A stretch of 50,053 nucleotides of DNA, taken from positions 1 through 50,053 of the forward strand of contig DASQFE010000603.1 in the NCBI GenBank assembly GCA_035633295.1. Reading direction: 5' to 3'. Of this stretch, positions 23,647 through 32,456 are shown one piece after another. Position 1 is the stretch's first letter. Every line of letters begins with the position of its first letter. A program made the translations under genes and the position numbers. The notes below the pieces were generated by a model. It worked only from the letters and a program-made list of their open reading frames with translations, was not told where the DNA came from and searched no databases. Origin of the DNA: Ilumatobacteraceae bacterium. GTDB taxonomy: Bacteria > Actinomycetota > Acidimicrobiia > Acidimicrobiales > Ilumatobacteraceae.

Positions 23647-24128
23647 ATCCACACCCCGCCGTCGACGACGATGGTCTGCCCGGTCACATCGCCTGCCGCC
23701 TCGCTGCAGAGGAACTCGATGAGCGCCGTCGGATCGCGATCGGCCAACGCCGGCGGCGCCAACGATGTCGGACCCGCAATCGACGGATCGACATCGAAAT
23801 CCTCCGGTGCCACGGCCACCGCGTTGACCGTGACCCCATGTCGCCCCCACTGCCGCGCCGCCGACTTGACCAGCACGCGCACCGCCTCGGCCGGCGCGGC
23901 AAGGTGCACGTGACACGTCCCGCCCGACATCGCGATCGTGGGAACGATCACCACGATGCGTCGAGCACCGCCCCTGAACGCCGCTTGCAGCTCCGCGACC
24001 GTGTCACGCATCGGAGTCTCCCAGGCGTCATTCCACTGCTCGTCGGTGATGGTGTCGAACGGTCGGGCGATCGTGTCGAAGTTCGGGCGGATCACCACCG
24101 ACGTCGGTGGTGTGTCGGCTGGCCCCAT
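23643..24128 (-). CDS. N-terminally truncated, catalytically degenerate SDR-like protein (half-SDR, 161 aa)
   Basis: It aligns to an SDR from roughly strand beta-4 onward (TDEQWNDAWE..., VTVNAVAVAP, VTGQTIVVDGG). There is no GxxxGxG. AAPAEA replaces YxxxK. Only 56 bp remain before the divergent gene, so there is no room for a missing N-terminus. Confidence 0.7.
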   Translation of the reverse strand: MGPADTPPTSVVIRPNFDTIARPFDTITDEQWNDAWETPMRDTVAELQAAFRGGARRIVVIVPTIAMSGGTCHVHLAAPAEAVRVLVKSAARQWGRHGVTVNAVAVAPEDFDVDPSIAGPTSLAPPALADRDPTALIEFLCSEAAGDVTGQTIVVDGGVWM

Positions 24129-24135
24129 GAGTGCG

Positions 24136-24141
24136 ACGGTA
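24136..24141 (-). promoter_or_regulatory. -10 box TACCGT, 7 nt upstream of ATG 24128
   Basis: Minus strand: TACCGT cgcactc ATG. Confidence 0.45.
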
Positions 24142-24155
24142 CCTGTTGTCGAACG

Positions 24156-24172
24156 TCTGACGGTGTATCAGA
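24156..24172. promoter_or_regulatory. operator palindrome site 5: TCTGACG-GTG-TATCAGA (2 mismatches)
   Basis: Lies in the 56-bp divergent region between the half-SDR (24128) and the SDR (24185). It abuts TACCGT at 24173..24178. Confidence 0.6.
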
Positions 24173-24178
24173 TACCGT
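24173..24178 (+). promoter_or_regulatory. -10 box TACCGT, 6 nt upstream of GTG 24185
   Basis: ATCAGA TACCGT gcgtct GTG. It abuts operator site 5. Confidence 0.45.
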
Positions 24179-24184
24179 GCGTCT

Positions 24185-24943
24185 GTGGGGCTCGTCGAGG
24201 GAAAAGTGGTGTTGGTCACGGGTGCCGGCAGCGGGATCGGAGAAGCCACGGCGCGCCTGTTCGCGGCCGAGGGCGCCGCCGTCGCGGTGCTCGACCGTGA
24301 CGCAGACGCCGCTGAGCGGGTGGCGAACGAGATCATCGCCGCCGGCGGCACAGCCACGGCTCACGTCGTCGATGTCACCGCCGACGAGCAGGTCGCCCGA
24401 GCCGTCGCCGACATCGTCGCCGGCTACGGCCGGCTCGACATCGCCCACAACAACGCGGGGATGTCGGGCATGCCGACGTCGTTCACCGACCTCCGGCTCG
24501 ACAACTGGCAGCAGATGATCGCAACGAACCTCACCAGCGTCTTCCTCTGCATGCAGCACGAACTCCGCCAGATGGTCGTGCAGGGTGCCGGATCGATCAT
24601 CAACACCTCGTCCGGGGCCGGCGTCGTCGCTGCTCCCGGTCTGCCCCACTACACGGCGGCGAAGCATGGCGTGCTCGGCCTCACCAAGTGCGCCGCACAG
24701 GAGTACGCGGCCCGAGGGATCCGAGTGAACGCAGTGCTGCCCGGCACCACCAGAACGCCGATGATCGAGGGCTTCATCGGGGGCGACAGCAACATCGAGA
24801 AGATGGTCACGCGCGGCATCGGCCGCAAGACGATGGGCACCGCCGACGAGATCGCCGAGGCCGTGGTGTGGCTGGGCAGCGACCGCGCCAGCTTCGTCAA
24901 CGGCGAGTCGATGCTCGTCGACGGCGCAACGGTGTGCCGATGA
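24185..24943 (+). CDS. SDR family oxidoreductase
   Basis: GTG start. Motifs: VTGAGSGIG, HNNAG, YTAAKHG. TACCGT lies 6 nt upstream. Confidence 0.88.
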   Translation: MGLVEGKVVLVTGAGSGIGEATARLFAAEGAAVAVLDRDADAAERVANEIIAAGGTATAHVVDVTADEQVARAVADIVAGYGRLDIAHNNAGMSGMPTSFTDLRLDNWQQMIATNLTSVFLCMQHELRQMVVQGAGSIINTSSGAGVVAAPGLPHYTAAKHGVLGLTKCAAQEYAARGIRVNAVLPGTTRTPMIEGFIGGDSNIEKMVTRGIGRKTMGTADEIAEAVVWLGSDRASFVNGESMLVDGATVCR

Positions 24944-25653
24944 GCGAGCACTCAGCCGACATGAAATCTGCTGCCACCCGCGAGGCGTTCGAGATCTGCC
25001 TCGATCGAGGGGCTCGAGGCAGGGACTGGCCGGCATGGGCCGCCGTGTTCGCCGACGACGCCGTGTACACCGAGCACTGCCTCGGCCAGTTCGTCGGCCG
25101 CGACGCCATCGGGGCCTGGATCGTCGGCCAGATGGAGGCGGTGGCCTGCATGACCTTCTCGGTCGAGTGGATCATCGTCGAAGGCGACCGGCTGGCGTAC
25201 TGGATCTGGAACCACCTGCCCTCCCCGACCGGACACGACGACCACGAGTTCTGCTTCCCCAACCTGTCGATGATGACCTACGCGGGTAACCAACAGTGGT
25301 CGCTGCAGGAAGACTTCTACGACCCGGCGTGGACCTCGACGGTGATCGATTGGTTCAGGGCCGGCGGCACACCTGACATGGCGGCCGACCCGACATTGCT
25401 CCCGCTCACCCCATCGCACCCTGTCGCGCCTGTCGACGGAGCCGACCGATCGGTCGTCGCGGCGGCCCTGGCAGCGCTGGCACCTCCCGGCACCCGTTGG
25501 CGCCACGACGTGATCGACGGGCCGGTCGGCGTCGGTGTCTTCGACAGCCCCGAGCGTGCGTACGCGGTGCTCGTCCACGTCGATGCCGAGGGCACAACGG
25601 TGTTTTCGCAGTTGATCACGAACCCGACCGAGACAATCAACCCGTGCCGATGA
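24940..25653 (+). CDS. SnoaL-like/NTF2-fold protein with a C-terminal extension
   Basis: ATGA overlap with the upstream SDR. DWPAWAAVFADDAVYTEH...GRDAIGAWI is the SnoaL pattern. About 100 extra C-terminal residues have unknown fold. Confidence 0.7.
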   Translation: MSEHSADMKSAATREAFEICLDRGARGRDWPAWAAVFADDAVYTEHCLGQFVGRDAIGAWIVGQMEAVACMTFSVEWIIVEGDRLAYWIWNHLPSPTGHDDHEFCFPNLSMMTYAGNQQWSLQEDFYDPAWTSTVIDWFRAGGTPDMAADPTLLPLTPSHPVAPVDGADRSVVAAALAALAPPGTRWRHDVIDGPVGVGVFDSPERAYAVLVHVDAEGTTVFSQLITNPTETINPCR

Positions 25654-26363
25654 ACGACCGCATCTACCTCCACGAATTCATCGACATCATCGGCCAGGGT
25701 CGCGCCGCCTACAACCACCACATGACGGCCAACTACGGGCACCTGGCGCGCACCGAGCGACGGCTGTACTGCGTTGGCGTGTTCTCCACCGTGGGATCCA
25801 CCGAGCGTTGGCCCCAGAGCACCAACCTCTGGGAGTACCGCGATGGCTGGGACGGCGTTGCCAACCACCTCAGCTTCGAGTTCGGCAACGCCAAACATCA
25901 AGACGCCAATCTCATCACCTGGTGGGCAGAGGCAGCCGAGCTGCGCAGTGGTGGTCTCGACCGCCTGCTGATTCCCTCCCACTACACGCCGACGCTCGAC
26001 ACGCTGCTCGAGACCGAGGTTCGGGGTGAGTGCTACTACCACGAACTGATCAGCTGCGCGCCGGGACGAGCGCTCGACGTGCTCGACGCCATCGAGCAGC
26101 ACCGCCTCACGCTCGGCGAACGGTACCGATGGCGGCTCGTCGGGGCCTACCGCACGGCGCTGGTGAACGACTCCGAAGTGATCGTCATCTGGGCGGTGCC
26201 CACCTTTGCCGACTGGGCCCGATTCGAAGCTGCCGTTGTCGGTGGGACCGACAGTGAGATTGTCACCTGGAAGACCGCAATCGCCGACATGGTGATCGAC
26301 TGGCGCAACAAGCTCCTCGTGGCCAGCGATCTGTCACCGATCAAAACCGGCGTGGTGCTGTAG
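25650..26363 (+). CDS. hypothetical protein (possibly a NIPSNAP-like dimeric alpha-beta barrel duplication)
   Basis: ATGA overlap. Product MNDRIYLHEFIDIIGQGRAAYNHHM... has protein-like composition. The family assignment is only a guess. Confidence 0.6.
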   Translation: MNDRIYLHEFIDIIGQGRAAYNHHMTANYGHLARTERRLYCVGVFSTVGSTERWPQSTNLWEYRDGWDGVANHLSFEFGNAKHQDANLITWWAEAAELRSGGLDRLLIPSHYTPTLDTLLETEVRGECYYHELISCAPGRALDVLDAIEQHRLTLGERYRWRLVGAYRTALVNDSEVIVIWAVPTFADWARFEAAVVGGTDSEIVTWKTAIADMVIDWRNKLLVASDLSPIKTGVVL

Positions 26364-26365
26364 CG

Positions 26366-27481
26366 CTACGGCGCGACCGAGAAGAGGTCGGCGAACCCTG
26401 TTGGCTCGTGACGGCCGACGGTGCCGTGCTCGAAGATGCCGTAGCCGACCTGATCGCCGCACTGCGCCCGGGCGATGTGGTCGATCACCGAGAACGGGAT
26501 CCTGCCCACGACCGCTGGGTCGGTGAGGTCGTAGGTGAGACGCTCGCAGTACTCGCGCCCACGCCACTGGCCGTGCCCCCAGTCGGGGTCGCCGCCGTAG
26601 CCACAGCCCACATTGAGGGGCATCGAGCCGAGCAGTTCGATGTCGATCGTGATCGGTTGGCGAGACCGATCGAGCAGGTGGATCGTGGCGCTCTCCGGCA
26701 TCCGAGTGCCGGACCGGTAGCGAACATCGACCTGGGGCCAGCCGAGCTGCTCGACCGGCTTCGCGCTGGCGTGGGGCCAGAGTCGCACCGCGTCGTTCAA
26801 GGTGCGATACCCGCTCGGTTCCTCCTGCAGGATGACCAACGTCGAGAAGTCGTCGAAGCGCAGTGGGATCCAGAACCAGTGCAACTTCGGTTCGAGCTCG
26901 GCGGCCCAGCGGCCCGGAGGTTGCGATTCACCGACGGGTCGGATCCCCCACGAACGATCACGGGTGCCGGTGTAGTTCTCGTGATCGAGATCCCACTGCT
27001 GACCTGCGGCGCGAACCACGCCGGTCCAGCGGCCGATGCCGAGAAACCGGCTGGCATCGAGGATCGCCCTCGTGCCCTGGCGCATGATGTGGTGCGACTC
27101 GTCGTGTACCGGGACCGCAGCGGTCCACTCGATGTCACACGACACGTCATCAGGTCCGCCCTCGCACACGACTCGCACGCGATGCAGCGGTTCGATCACC
27201 TCGATCCGGATCGGGCCGACCTCCATCCGCATCCGGTCGTCGTCCATGGCGTCACCGGCGCGCACGACATGCTGCTCGGTCCCGACCCTGACGCAGCAGT
27301 ACGCGTCGCGGGTACCGAGGTTCGGATAGACCCCGAAGCCGGTGATCAGCTGCATGTCGGTGTGTCCGTGGGGAATCACGTGGAAGATGTTGCGGTCGTA
27401 GAAGTCCTTGTCGGTCGTGCCGACATAGGCCATCGACAGTGGCACCTGGTGGATCGGGAACTCGTCGAGTGGATGGGCCAT
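26366..27481 (-). CDS. conserved hypothetical protein (371 aa)
   Basis: MAHPLDEFPIHQVPLSMAYVGTTDKDFYDRNIFH... Balanced composition. Last gene of the 34560-to-26366 leftward operon. I recognise no catalytic motif. Confidence 0.7.
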   Translation of the reverse strand: MAHPLDEFPIHQVPLSMAYVGTTDKDFYDRNIFHVIPHGHTDMQLITGFGVYPNLGTRDAYCCVRVGTEQHVVRAGDAMDDDRMRMEVGPIRIEVIEPLHRVRVVCEGGPDDVSCDIEWTAAVPVHDESHHIMRQGTRAILDASRFLGIGRWTGVVRAAGQQWDLDHENYTGTRDRSWGIRPVGESQPPGRWAAELEPKLHWFWIPLRFDDFSTLVILQEEPSGYRTLNDAVRLWPHASAKPVEQLGWPQVDVRYRSGTRMPESATIHLLDRSRQPITIDIELLGSMPLNVGCGYGGDPDWGHGQWRGREYCERLTYDLTDPAVVGRIPFSVIDHIARAQCGDQVGYGIFEHGTVGRHEPTGFADLFSVAP

Positions 27482-27514
27482 GGGTGGTCTCGTTTCAGCT
27501 GGGTCGGTGGCGTC

Positions 27515-28597
27515 TCAGCGCCAGGAGTCGAGCACGTCGTCGAGGTGGTGCGCTCCGACGTGGCACGGCGGCGCCAGCGCGGTCTGAGATCGCGAGAAGC
27601 GGGGCGCCGGTGTTGCCTGCACCACGCCGTTGATCTCGGTGACGATGCCACGCGACGACGTGTGGTGGTGGGTGGCCACCTCGCCGGGCGCCAGCACCGG
27701 CGTGAAGCAGGCGTCACCCCCTTCCAGCAGCGCACACCACTCGTCGCGTGTCCTCGTGCGGAACCGGGCGGCCAACTCGAGCAGTCGTGCCGGCCACTCG
27801 GCTCGCTCCCACTGTGACGGCTCGACGAGGCCGACGCCGCGGTAGAGCGCGGCGTGGAACTGCGGTTCGATCGCTCCGACGGCGATCCACTGGGCATCGG
27901 CGGTCTCGTACACGTTGTAGAACGGTGCCGCTCCATCGAGGTGGTTCGTCCCACGCGCACCCCACGATCCCCTGGTGGCCGCCGCGAAGAACGGACCGAG
28001 GATCATCGCCGCGCCGTCCACCATCGCCGCGTCGATCACCTGGCCGCGTCCGGAACGCTCGCGCTCGAAGGCGGCACAGGCGATGCCGAACGCCAGCACG
28101 AGCCCGCCACCGGCGAAGTCACCGAGCAGGTTGATCGGGAACGTCGGCGGTTCCCCCTCGCGTCCGAGCATGTACAGCGCGCCCGAGAGCGCGATGTAGT
28201 TGATGTCGTGCCCGGCCGCCGTGGCGAGCGGTCCATCCTGGCCGAAGCCGGTCATACGCCCATAGATCAGCCGCTCGTTGCGGGCACACGCCGCCTCGGG
28301 GCCCACACCCAGACGTTCGCACACACCGGGCCGGAACGGGTCGATGAACACGTCGGCGCGATCGGTGAGCTCGAGCAGTTGCGCCGCGCCATCAGCCGAC
28401 TTGAGGTCGATCACCACGCTGCGCTTGCCGCGCATCATCGGGTTCGTCGCCGGCCTGTCGGTCGTCGCTGCCGCCGCCTCCGGGCGGTCCACGGCGACCA
28501 CATCACAGCCGAGGTCGGCCAGGATCATGGCGCCATACGGCCCCGGGCCCTGGCCGGCGAGCTCGACCACTCGGAGCCCGAGCAGCGGCCCGCTCAT
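27515..28597 (-). CDS. mcr: alpha-methylacyl-CoA racemase (CaiB/BaiF family III)
   Basis: MSGPLLGLRVVELAGQGPGPYGAMILADLGCDVV, GHDINYIALSGAL, INLLGDFAGGG, GAIEPQFHAAL, DACFTPVLAPGEV, PAPRFSR. Collinear with mycobacterial MCR as I recall it. Start is the internal ATG 28597. Confidence 0.88.
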   Translation of the reverse strand: MSGPLLGLRVVELAGQGPGPYGAMILADLGCDVVAVDRPEAAAATTDRPATNPMMRGKRSVVIDLKSADGAAQLLELTDRADVFIDPFRPGVCERLGVGPEAACARNERLIYGRMTGFGQDGPLATAAGHDINYIALSGALYMLGREGEPPTFPINLLGDFAGGGLVLAFGIACAAFERERSGRGQVIDAAMVDGAAMILGPFFAAATRGSWGARGTNHLDGAAPFYNVYETADAQWIAVGAIEPQFHAALYRGVGLVEPSQWERAEWPARLLELAARFRTRTRDEWCALLEGGDACFTPVLAPGEVATHHHTSSRGIVTEINGVVQATPAPRFSRSQTALAPPCHVGAHHLDDVLDSWR

Positions 28598-28626
28598 GTC
28601 GGCTGCCTCATGTGTCGCTGCCTCAT
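28594..28626 (-). other. 10-codon relay mini-ORF (MRQRHMRQPT) linked by ATGA overlaps to the FadD stop and the mcr start
   Basis: Its ATG (28626..28624) overlaps the FadD TGA (28625..28623). Its TGA (28596..28594) overlaps the mcr ATG (28597..28595). Whether it is translated is untested. Confidence 0.3.
28598..28626 (-). repeat. tandem duplication (15 + 14 nt) of an ATGAGGCAGC-containing junction between the FadD and mcr genes
   Basis: Minus strand: ATGAGGCAGCGACAC ATGAGGCAGCCGAC ATGAGC(mcr). Confidence 0.85.
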
Positions 28627-30191
28627 TGCTCGCTGTCGGTGGCGACGCGCTTGGCCCACCGGTAGTCGCTCTTGCCGGCGGGAGAACGAACCATGTGATC
28701 GACGAGCGTGAGATGACGGGGCACCTTGTACCCCGCCAGGTGCGCGCGGCAATGTGCCTGGATGCTCTCGAGCGTGACGTCGGCACCCGGCACCGGCTGC
28801 ACGACGGCGGCGACACTCTCGCCCCACCGATCGTCGGGCACCCCGACGACGACGACGTCCAGTACGCCAGGGTGGGCCTTCAGCGCGTTCTCGATCTCCT
28901 CGGGGAACACCTTCTCCCCGCCGGTGTTGATGCTCACCGAGCCACGGCCGAGCAAGGTCAGCGAACCATCCGCTTCGATCGTGGCGAAGTCACCGGGAAT
29001 CACGTACCTCACGCCGTCGGCCCCGGTGACGAACGTCGCCGCCGTTTTCACCGGGTCGTTCAGGTATCCGACCGGGATGTTGCCGCACCGCGCCAACCGG
29101 CCAACGACGCCCGAACCGGCGGCGATCGGCCGGAGATCGTCGTCGAGCACCACCGAGTTCTTCCCCATCGACACCGTGGGGCCGCCCTTCATCGCCGTGC
29201 CCCTCGACACGATCGTGATGCCGTTGGCGCCACCTTCACTGGAGCCGACCGCGTCGGTGATGACGAGGTCGGGGAAGTGATCGAGGAAGCGGTCCTTGCA
29301 GGTCTGGGAGAACAGCACCGCGCTGGAGCTGACGGCGAACAGCGATGACACATCGTTGTCCACCCCGGGTTCGTCGAGTGAGTCGAGGAGCGGTCGAGCC
29401 ATCGCATCGCCGGTGATCATCAGCAGGTTCACCTTCAGTTGCTCGACCACCTTCCACGTTTCGGCCGGTTCGAACCGGGCCCGCAGCACCGTGGTGTTGC
29501 CGATGAAACACTGGCCCATCAGACTCCACTGCGTGGCCCCGTGCATCAGCGGCGCGAGCGGCAGCGCGATGAGTTGGAAGCCCACCCGACCCTTCTCGAG
29601 GAAGTCCTGTGGCCGCTCGACCTTCTCGCCGCTGCGGATGTCGATGCCGCCTCCCAACGCCATCACCACGTCCTCGTGGCGCCAGACCACTCCCTTGGGC
29701 ATGCCGGTGGTTCCGCCGGTGAACAAGACGTAGAGGTCGTCTCCCGAACGCTCCGCGAAATCACGAGTCGGCGACTGGGCGCCGAGCGCCGCCTCGAAGT
29801 CCGGCCCGATCACGAGCATCGGCAGCTCGGGCGCCACCGATGTGACCCGATCGGCGAACTGCTGCTCGACGACGACGTACCGCAGTCCGGCGTCGGCGAA
29901 GAGGTAGGCGAGTTCGTCCTCCACGTAGCGGTAGTTGATGTTGATCCACACGGCGCGGAGCTTGAACACCGCCCACAGCGTCTCGACCCATTCCACACAG
30001 TTCAGGGCATAGATCCCGACGTGGTCGCCCGGGCCGATCCCCTGCGCTGCAAGGTGATGCGCGAGCTGATTCGCCCGCGCCTCCATCTCCGCGAACGTGC
30101 GCTGCTGATGATCATCGATCACGTGGATGCGATCGGGCCATTCGTCAGCGGCCTGTTCGAACAGGTCGGCCATGTTGAACGTCGTGGTCAT
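28623..30191 (-). CDS. FadD17/FadD19-type acyl-CoA (steroid-acid) ligase
   Basis: Motifs: LFTGGTTGMPKGVVWRHEDV, GDFATIEADGSLTLLGRGSVSINTGGEKVFPEEIE, SPAGKSDYRWAK. Paralog of the gene at 47743..49323. Confidence 0.88.
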   Translation of the reverse strand: MTTTFNMADLFEQAADEWPDRIHVIDDHQQRTFAEMEARANQLAHHLAAQGIGPGDHVGIYALNCVEWVETLWAVFKLRAVWININYRYVEDELAYLFADAGLRYVVVEQQFADRVTSVAPELPMLVIGPDFEAALGAQSPTRDFAERSGDDLYVLFTGGTTGMPKGVVWRHEDVVMALGGGIDIRSGEKVERPQDFLEKGRVGFQLIALPLAPLMHGATQWSLMGQCFIGNTTVLRARFEPAETWKVVEQLKVNLLMITGDAMARPLLDSLDEPGVDNDVSSLFAVSSSAVLFSQTCKDRFLDHFPDLVITDAVGSSEGGANGITIVSRGTAMKGGPTVSMGKNSVVLDDDLRPIAAGSGVVGRLARCGNIPVGYLNDPVKTAATFVTGADGVRYVIPGDFATIEADGSLTLLGRGSVSINTGGEKVFPEEIENALKAHPGVLDVVVVGVPDDRWGESVAAVVQPVPGADVTLESIQAHCRAHLAGYKVPRHLTLVDHMVRSPAGKSDYRWAKRVATDSEQ

Positions 30192-30202
30192 CGTGATCTT
30201 TC

Positions 30203-30263
30203 GGTGCAGGAGAACTCGGGTCAGGGAGAAGTCGGGTCAGGAGAAGTCGAGCAGTGAGAAGTC
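30203..30263 (-). repeat. about 4 copies of a 15/16-bp unit (minus strand GACTTCTCC-TGACCC) spanning the amidohydrolase C-terminus, its stop and the spacer
   Basis: Minus-strand units: gacttctcactgctc (30263..30249), gacttctcctgaccc (30248..30234), gacttctccctgaccc (30233..30218), gagttctcctgcacc (30217..30203). The core TGACCCGACTTCTCC matches the 3040 repeat at 13 of 15 positions. Confidence 0.85.
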
Positions 30264-31559
30264 GTTGCCGGTGAGCCAATGACGACCCACCGCCTTCACC
30301 GGCGCCCAACGAGCATCGAGACGCGCCCCGGTCGGATCGTCGTCGGTGATCTGACCGAAGTCCGACGGGGTCGGGCCGACCTTGGCGGCGTGCTGTTGGA
30401 GCGCAGCAACGTCGAATCCGAAGTTCTCGGCGGCCGCCAACCCGACCATCCGCCGCGTCTCGCCGATCGGGATGTCGTGGAAGGTCTTGCGCAGCCAGTC
30501 CCGCGTATTCGGCCACGTGCCCTCGGGATGCGGGAAGTCGTTGCCCCACATGATGTTGTCGACCCCGATCTCGTACCGCATGCCGAGTTCACGGCGCTTG
30601 GTGTTCGACGCGCCGATGAAACAGTTGCGGTCGATGTATTCCGAGGGCAGCATCGAGAGGCCGCCGAAGGCATCGGGGCCGAGCTTCTCGGTGCCCTTCT
30701 GGCCGAGGGCCAACCGGTCCCAGAACCACATCATCGACGGCAACCACCAGCACCCCGCCTCGGTCACACCGAAGCGCAGACCCGGGAAGCGCTCGAAGAC
30801 GCCGGACCACAGCAGGAACCACAGTGGACGCGCCGGCCACCACGTGACCTCGCTGACATAGATGCCGAGGTTGTCGCCGTAGTCCGCGCGTGGCGCAGGG
30901 CCCGAGTGCGTGACCACCGGCATCGACAGCTCCTGACACAACGCCCACACCGGGTCGTAGCAGCGATCGTGGTACGGGGTCTGATCGACCCACATCGCAG
31001 GGATCATCACCGCCCCGAGGCCGCTCTCCTTGGCCCGCCGGATCTCTGCGAGCACCTTGGTCATGTCGGCGGTGATCGGCACGAGCGCGACACCTCGGCG
31101 CCGCTCGGGGCTGTTGGAGCACAGCTCGGCGAGCCACCGGTTGTGAGCGATCGCACCGGCGAGGCCGAGGTCCGGGTTCATGTCGCCCGACATGCCGAGC
31201 CCGGCGCCGAACGGCACGCACGTGCGGCTCTCCACTGCATCGGCGTCGGGGAACACCACCTCGCCCGACACGCCGTCACCGTCGAGTTCCTGGTCGCGAC
31301 GGATGGCATCCCACCCGCCGCGCAACGCCTCCTCGTGCTCCTCGAACCAGCTCTTCGCGTAGGCCTCGTTGCGCACGCCGAGCTTGGTCATCGCTTCCAA
31401 GGCCACGTGCCGCTCGGCGAGGAACCCGTCGAACTCGTCGTGGTATCGGGCATCGAGATACTGGCGGTAGTCCGCAGTGGGCAGGCCGGCGTGGCTGTCG
31501 GAGGAGATGATGAGGTACGGGTCGTTGGTGTGTGCGGTGTCGTCCATGAGGTGGTCCAT
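30237..31559 (-). CDS. amidohydrolase_2 (ACMSD/LigW-like metal-dependent hydrolase/decarboxylase fold)
   Basis: LIISSDSHAG (N-terminal metal-binding HxH-type motif region) and MWGNDFPHPEG (C-terminal Asp/His motif). Paralog of 33322..34560. Confidence 0.82.
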   Translation of the reverse strand: MDHLMDDTAHTNDPYLIISSDSHAGLPTADYRQYLDARYHDEFDGFLAERHVALEAMTKLGVRNEAYAKSWFEEHEEALRGGWDAIRRDQELDGDGVSGEVVFPDADAVESRTCVPFGAGLGMSGDMNPDLGLAGAIAHNRWLAELCSNSPERRRGVALVPITADMTKVLAEIRRAKESGLGAVMIPAMWVDQTPYHDRCYDPVWALCQELSMPVVTHSGPAPRADYGDNLGIYVSEVTWWPARPLWFLLWSGVFERFPGLRFGVTEAGCWWLPSMMWFWDRLALGQKGTEKLGPDAFGGLSMLPSEYIDRNCFIGASNTKRRELGMRYEIGVDNIMWGNDFPHPEGTWPNTRDWLRKTFHDIPIGETRRMVGLAAAENFGFDVAALQQHAAKVGPTPSDFGQITDDDPTGARLDARWAPVKAVGRHWLTGNDFSLLDFS

Positions 31560-31574
31560 GAGGTGTCCTTGTCG

Positions 31575-32456
31575 TCAGCCGGGCACAGCCCGGAGGTAGG
31601 TCGGATTCGTCCGCGCCAGCATCGACGCGGCGCGGGCAGTGATCTGTTGGTCGGTGCGATCACTCGGTGCTTGTATCCAGAACTGGTTCGTCCGGACGGC
31701 CTCGATCACTCGATCAGCGACCTCCTCGACCGGGGTGTACGCGATCGGGATTCCGGCCGCCGTCATCTGCGCCTCGATCTGTTCGACCGTCGTGTACGGC
31801 GTGGCCCGGGGGCGTTGCTTGGCGAACTCCTCGGTGCGCGAGCGCCACGATTCGAACAACCCGGTGCGCAACATGTGCGGCCCGGGAAACAACACCGACG
31901 CACCGATCTTCGCGTCGACTTCCTGCAACTGGCCGTAGAGACACTCGGTGAGCGTGACCACCGCGGCCTTCGTCGCTGCGTACTGCGGGGTACTCGGCAG
32001 CGGTGAGACACCGCCGTTGCCCGACGATGTGTTGACCACGTGCCCATCGTCGCCCTGGGCCAACATGACCGGCACGAAGGCGTTGATGCCGTGCACGACA
32101 CCCATCAGGTTGACGCCGATCGCCCACTTCCAGTCATTGAGTTCGTGCTCCCACATCCGCCCCTCGGCGCCGGCGCCGATCCCGGCGTTGTTGCACACGA
32201 CGTGCACCCCGCCGAACAACTCGAGCGTGCGGTCACGCAGTGACTCGACGGAGGAGTAGCTCGTGACATCGGTGACCACGCCGCGTACGTCGAGGCCCTC
32301 GTCGCGCAGCTCGCGTTCGGTCTCGGCGAGCAGCTCGGCCTGCACATCGGCGAGCACGACGTGCATGCCGTCGGCCGCGAACCGCCGGCCCATGGCCCTG
32401 CCGAGCCCGCCGCCGCCGCCGGTGACGACCGCGACACGACCGTCGAGCTGCTCCAT
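31575..32456 (-). CDS. SDR family oxidoreductase
   Basis: TGATG junction with the upstream gene. Motifs: VTGGGGGLG, CNNAG, YAATKAA. Confidence 0.88.
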   Translation of the reverse strand: MEQLDGRVAVVTGGGGGLGRAMGRRFAADGMHVVLADVQAELLAETERELRDEGLDVRGVVTDVTSYSSVESLRDRTLELFGGVHVVCNNAGIGAGAEGRMWEHELNDWKWAIGVNLMGVVHGINAFVPVMLAQGDDGHVVNTSSGNGGVSPLPSTPQYAATKAAVVTLTECLYGQLQEVDAKIGASVLFPGPHMLRTGLFESWRSRTEEFAKQRPRATPYTTVEQIEAQMTAAGIPIAYTPVEEVADRVIEAVRTNQFWIQAPSDRTDQQITARAASMLARTNPTYLRAVPG

